Part shown: positions 1 to 218 of the stretch, in pieces
Position numbering within the stretch: position 1 is the first letter of the stretch
Layout: the number at the start of each line of letters is the position of its first letter
Origin: a phage
Length of the DNA: 218 nucleotides
Reading direction: 5' to 3' (one strand)
Sequence record: J02446.1
The notes under the pieces: model-generated
Databases searched by the model: none
What the model was told of the DNA's origin: nothing
Seen by the model: the letters and a program-made list of their open reading frames with translations, nothing else
Translations under genes and position numbers: made by a program

Positions 1-1
1 T

Positions 2-103
2 GAAACCCTATCTTCCGCCAGGTTTAGGTGCAAACCTAACTCGGAATGGAGAACCCAGATCCCTCTATTTCCTCAGGAAGTAGAGGCCTGCGTTCTCTCC
101 TGA
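2..103 (+). CDS. C-terminal fragment (5'-truncated by the window edge) of the last ORF, most likely the replicase (RdRp) of a levivirus-like ssRNA phage; stop TGA 101-103 followed in frame by TAG 104-106
   Basis: Frame 2 is open from the window edge to 100 (ETLSSARFRCKPNSEWRTQIPLFPQEVEACVLS) and ends in tandem in-frame stops TGA-TAG. The stop sits inside a small hairpin (98-114) just upstream of the CCCC/GGGG and GGGUGGG elements, which is where I recall the MS2 replicase stop lying. Frame is ambiguous: frame 3 is open to TAG 81-83 and frame 1 has TGA at 1-3, so the ORF could end at either instead. 33 codons is too short for composition tests. Confidence 0.35.
   Translation, partial: ETLSSARFRCKPNSEWRTQIPLFPQEVEACVLS
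13..46 (+). other. Interrupted stem-loop (basal 5-bp helix, internal loop, apical 6-bp helix)
   Basis: 13-17 UUCCG pairs with 42-46 CGGAA, and 20-25 AGGUUU pairs with 32-37 AAACCU; apical loop 26-31 AGGUGC. Confidence 0.4.
62..86 (+). other. Stable 11-bp hairpin with one U-G wobble and a 3-nt loop, inside the putative coding tail
   Basis: 62-72 CCUCUAUUUCC pairs with 76-86 GGAAGUAGAGG; U68-G80 is a wobble that would be an A/C mismatch on the other strand. Loop 73-75 UCA. No downstream U-run. Confidence 0.55.
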
Positions 104-114
104 TAGTATCAGGA
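98..114 (+). other. Hairpin containing the candidate stop codons (UGA in the 5' arm, UAG in the loop)
   Basis: 98-103 UCCUGA pairs with 109-114 UCAGGA; loop 104-108 UAGUA. Confidence 0.4.
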
Positions 115-117
115 CCT

Positions 118-129
118 CCCCGGATGGGG
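118..129 (+). other. Short GC hairpin CCCC-GGAU-GGGG
   Basis: 118-121 CCCC pairs with 126-129 GGGG; 4-nt loop GGAU. It sits immediately 5' of the GGGUGGG tract, in the same order as a C-run/G-run hairpin I recall in the MS2 3' UTR. Alternative pairings of the G-run are possible. Confidence 0.35.
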
Positions 130-134
130 TGGGT

Positions 135-150
135 GGGACCGAAAGGTTCC
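135..150 (+). other. Hairpin with GNRA (GAAA) tetraloop
   Basis: 135-140 GGGACC pairs with 145-150 GGUUCC (6 bp, G137-U148 wobble); loop 141-144 GAAA. Its 5' arm is part of the GGGUGGGACC motif. Confidence 0.55.
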
Positions 151-153
151 TAT

Positions 154-168
154 GGAGGTGAATCCTCC
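154..168 (+). other. Hairpin GGAGG-UGAAU-CCUCC containing a Shine-Dalgarno-like GGAGGUGA
   Basis: 154-158 GGAGG pairs with 164-168 CCUCC. GGAGGUGA (154-161) is perfectly complementary to the 16S rRNA 3' end, but no ATG/GTG/TTG lies 4-12 nt downstream. Confidence 0.45.
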
Positions 169-183
169 CGCCCGTGAAGGCGG
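168..183 (+). other. GC-rich hairpin CCGCC-CGUGAA-GGCGG
   Basis: 168-172 CCGCC pairs with 179-183 GGCGG (5 bp, 6-nt loop). It shares C168 with the previous hairpin. Its position, penultimate to the terminal hairpin, parallels a short GC hairpin I recall in MS2 (CGGGA-UUC-UCCCG). Confidence 0.45.
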
Positions 184-188
184 TTTAA

Positions 189-211
189 TGACTAGTTTGC
201 TTGGCTAGTCA
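189..211 (+). promoter_or_regulatory. 3'-terminal hairpin (9 bp, loop UGCUU); candidate replicase recognition element next to the minus-strand start site
   Basis: 189-197 UGACUAGUU pairs with 203-211 GGCUAGUCA, including two U-G wobbles (196-204, 197-203). Loop is 198-202 UGCUU. The loop-plus-3'-arm sequence UGCUUGGCUAGU matches the recalled MS2 terminal hairpin. No U-tract follows, so it is not an intrinsic terminator. Confidence 0.6.
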
Positions 212-218
212 CCACCCA
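212..218 (+). promoter_or_regulatory. Single-stranded 3' tail CCACCCA (levivirus-type genome terminus; the final A is normally non-templated)
   Basis: The window ends exactly in CCACCCA, identical to the recalled MS2 3' tail. The tail is complementary to internal UGGGUGG at 130-136. Confidence 0.5.

Larger units (their letters stand above)
104..218 (+). other. Structured 3' untranslated region and genome terminus of a Leviviricetes-like (+)ssRNA phage (cDNA, genomic sense)
   Basis: Six consecutive hairpins, G-U wobble pairs valid only in + sense, and termination in CCACCCA-3' right after a terminal hairpin with loop UGCUU. From memory the MS2 3' end is ...UAACUAGCUGCUUGGCUAGUUACCACCCA-3'; this window has UGACUAGUUUGCUUGGCUAGUCACCACCCA-3'. 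No frame that enters from upstream stays open past 103. Confidence 0.55.

Noticed and set aside
62-86. Strong hairpins at 62-86 and 189-211 as rho-independent terminators
   Set aside because: Neither is followed by a U/T-run on either strand.
100-106. Hammerhead-ribozyme-like pieces (CUGAUAG at 100-106, GAAAC at 2-6, GUC at 208-210)
   Set aside because: The core requires CUGANGA and this is CUGAUAG; the helices do not arrange into a three-way junction around these motifs.
131-141. T-box-like sequence GGGUGGGACCG (consensus GGGUGGNACCGCG)
   Set aside because: ACCG is followed by AAAGG and forms a GAAA hairpin rather than an antiterminator or terminator pair. No specifier-loop stem I, no terminator U-tract, and the terminal-motif match to RNA phages explains GGGUGGG better.
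46-174. Frame 1 ORF of 42 codons (ATG 46 to TGA 172-174), MENPDPSISSGSRGLRSLLIVSGPPRMGWVGPKGSYGGESSRP, as a possible small or lysis protein
   Set aside because: No Shine-Dalgarno upstream of the ATG. The peptide is Gly/Ser/Pro-rich and low-complexity with no transmembrane-length hydrophobic segment expected of a single-gene lysis protein. It is most simply a chance open frame in GC-rich structured RNA.
164-189. Resemblance (about 21 of 25 nt) to the conserved enterovirus 5'-UTR segment CCUCCGGCCCCUGAAUGCGGCUAAU
   Set aside because: It is a short isolated match with none of the flanking IRES domains, and here it folds as two simple hairpins in a 3'-terminal context. Judged coincidental, though a database search would settle it.
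152-208. 18-codon ORF (ATG 152 to TAG 206-208) overlapping the SD-like GGAGGUGA
   Set aside because: The SD-like element lies inside the ORF rather than upstream of its start; the ORF is too short and unsupported.
189-218. tRNA, tmRNA or tRNA-like structure suggested by the 3' CCA end
   Set aside because: No T-arm (GGUUCGAAUCC-type) or D-arm, and no cloverleaf or acceptor-stem pairing with an upstream 5' strand; the CCA end is accounted for by the phage terminus.
1-218. CRISPR repeats, IS or transposon inverted repeats, direct repeats
   Set aside because: No repeated unit longer than short hairpin arms; all inverted repeats are local stems of 5-11 bp.

Overview
This 218-nt window (about 54% GC) looks like the 3' end of a levivirus-like (+)ssRNA phage genome, given as cDNA in genomic sense on the + strand. 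The identification rests on sequences recalled from memory, not a search, and needs confirmation. The window is packed with short, perfect hairpins, and four G-U wobble pairs are valid only if the + strand is the RNA. It ends in ...CCACCCA-3' directly after a 9-bp terminal hairpin with a UGCUU loop, which matches the 3' terminus of MS2-type RNA coliphages (Leviviricetes/Fiersviridae) as I recall it. An internal GGGUGGGACC motif (131-140) followed by a GAAA-tetraloop hairpin fits the same architecture. My reading is a short C-terminal tail of the last ORF (probably the replicase, frame 2, stopping at TGA-TAG 101-106) followed by a structured 3' UTR of about 115 nt that carries the minus-strand initiation site. 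It is not MS2 itself, since the sequence differs outside the terminal motifs. No promoter, terminator, CRISPR, IS end or tRNA is supported.
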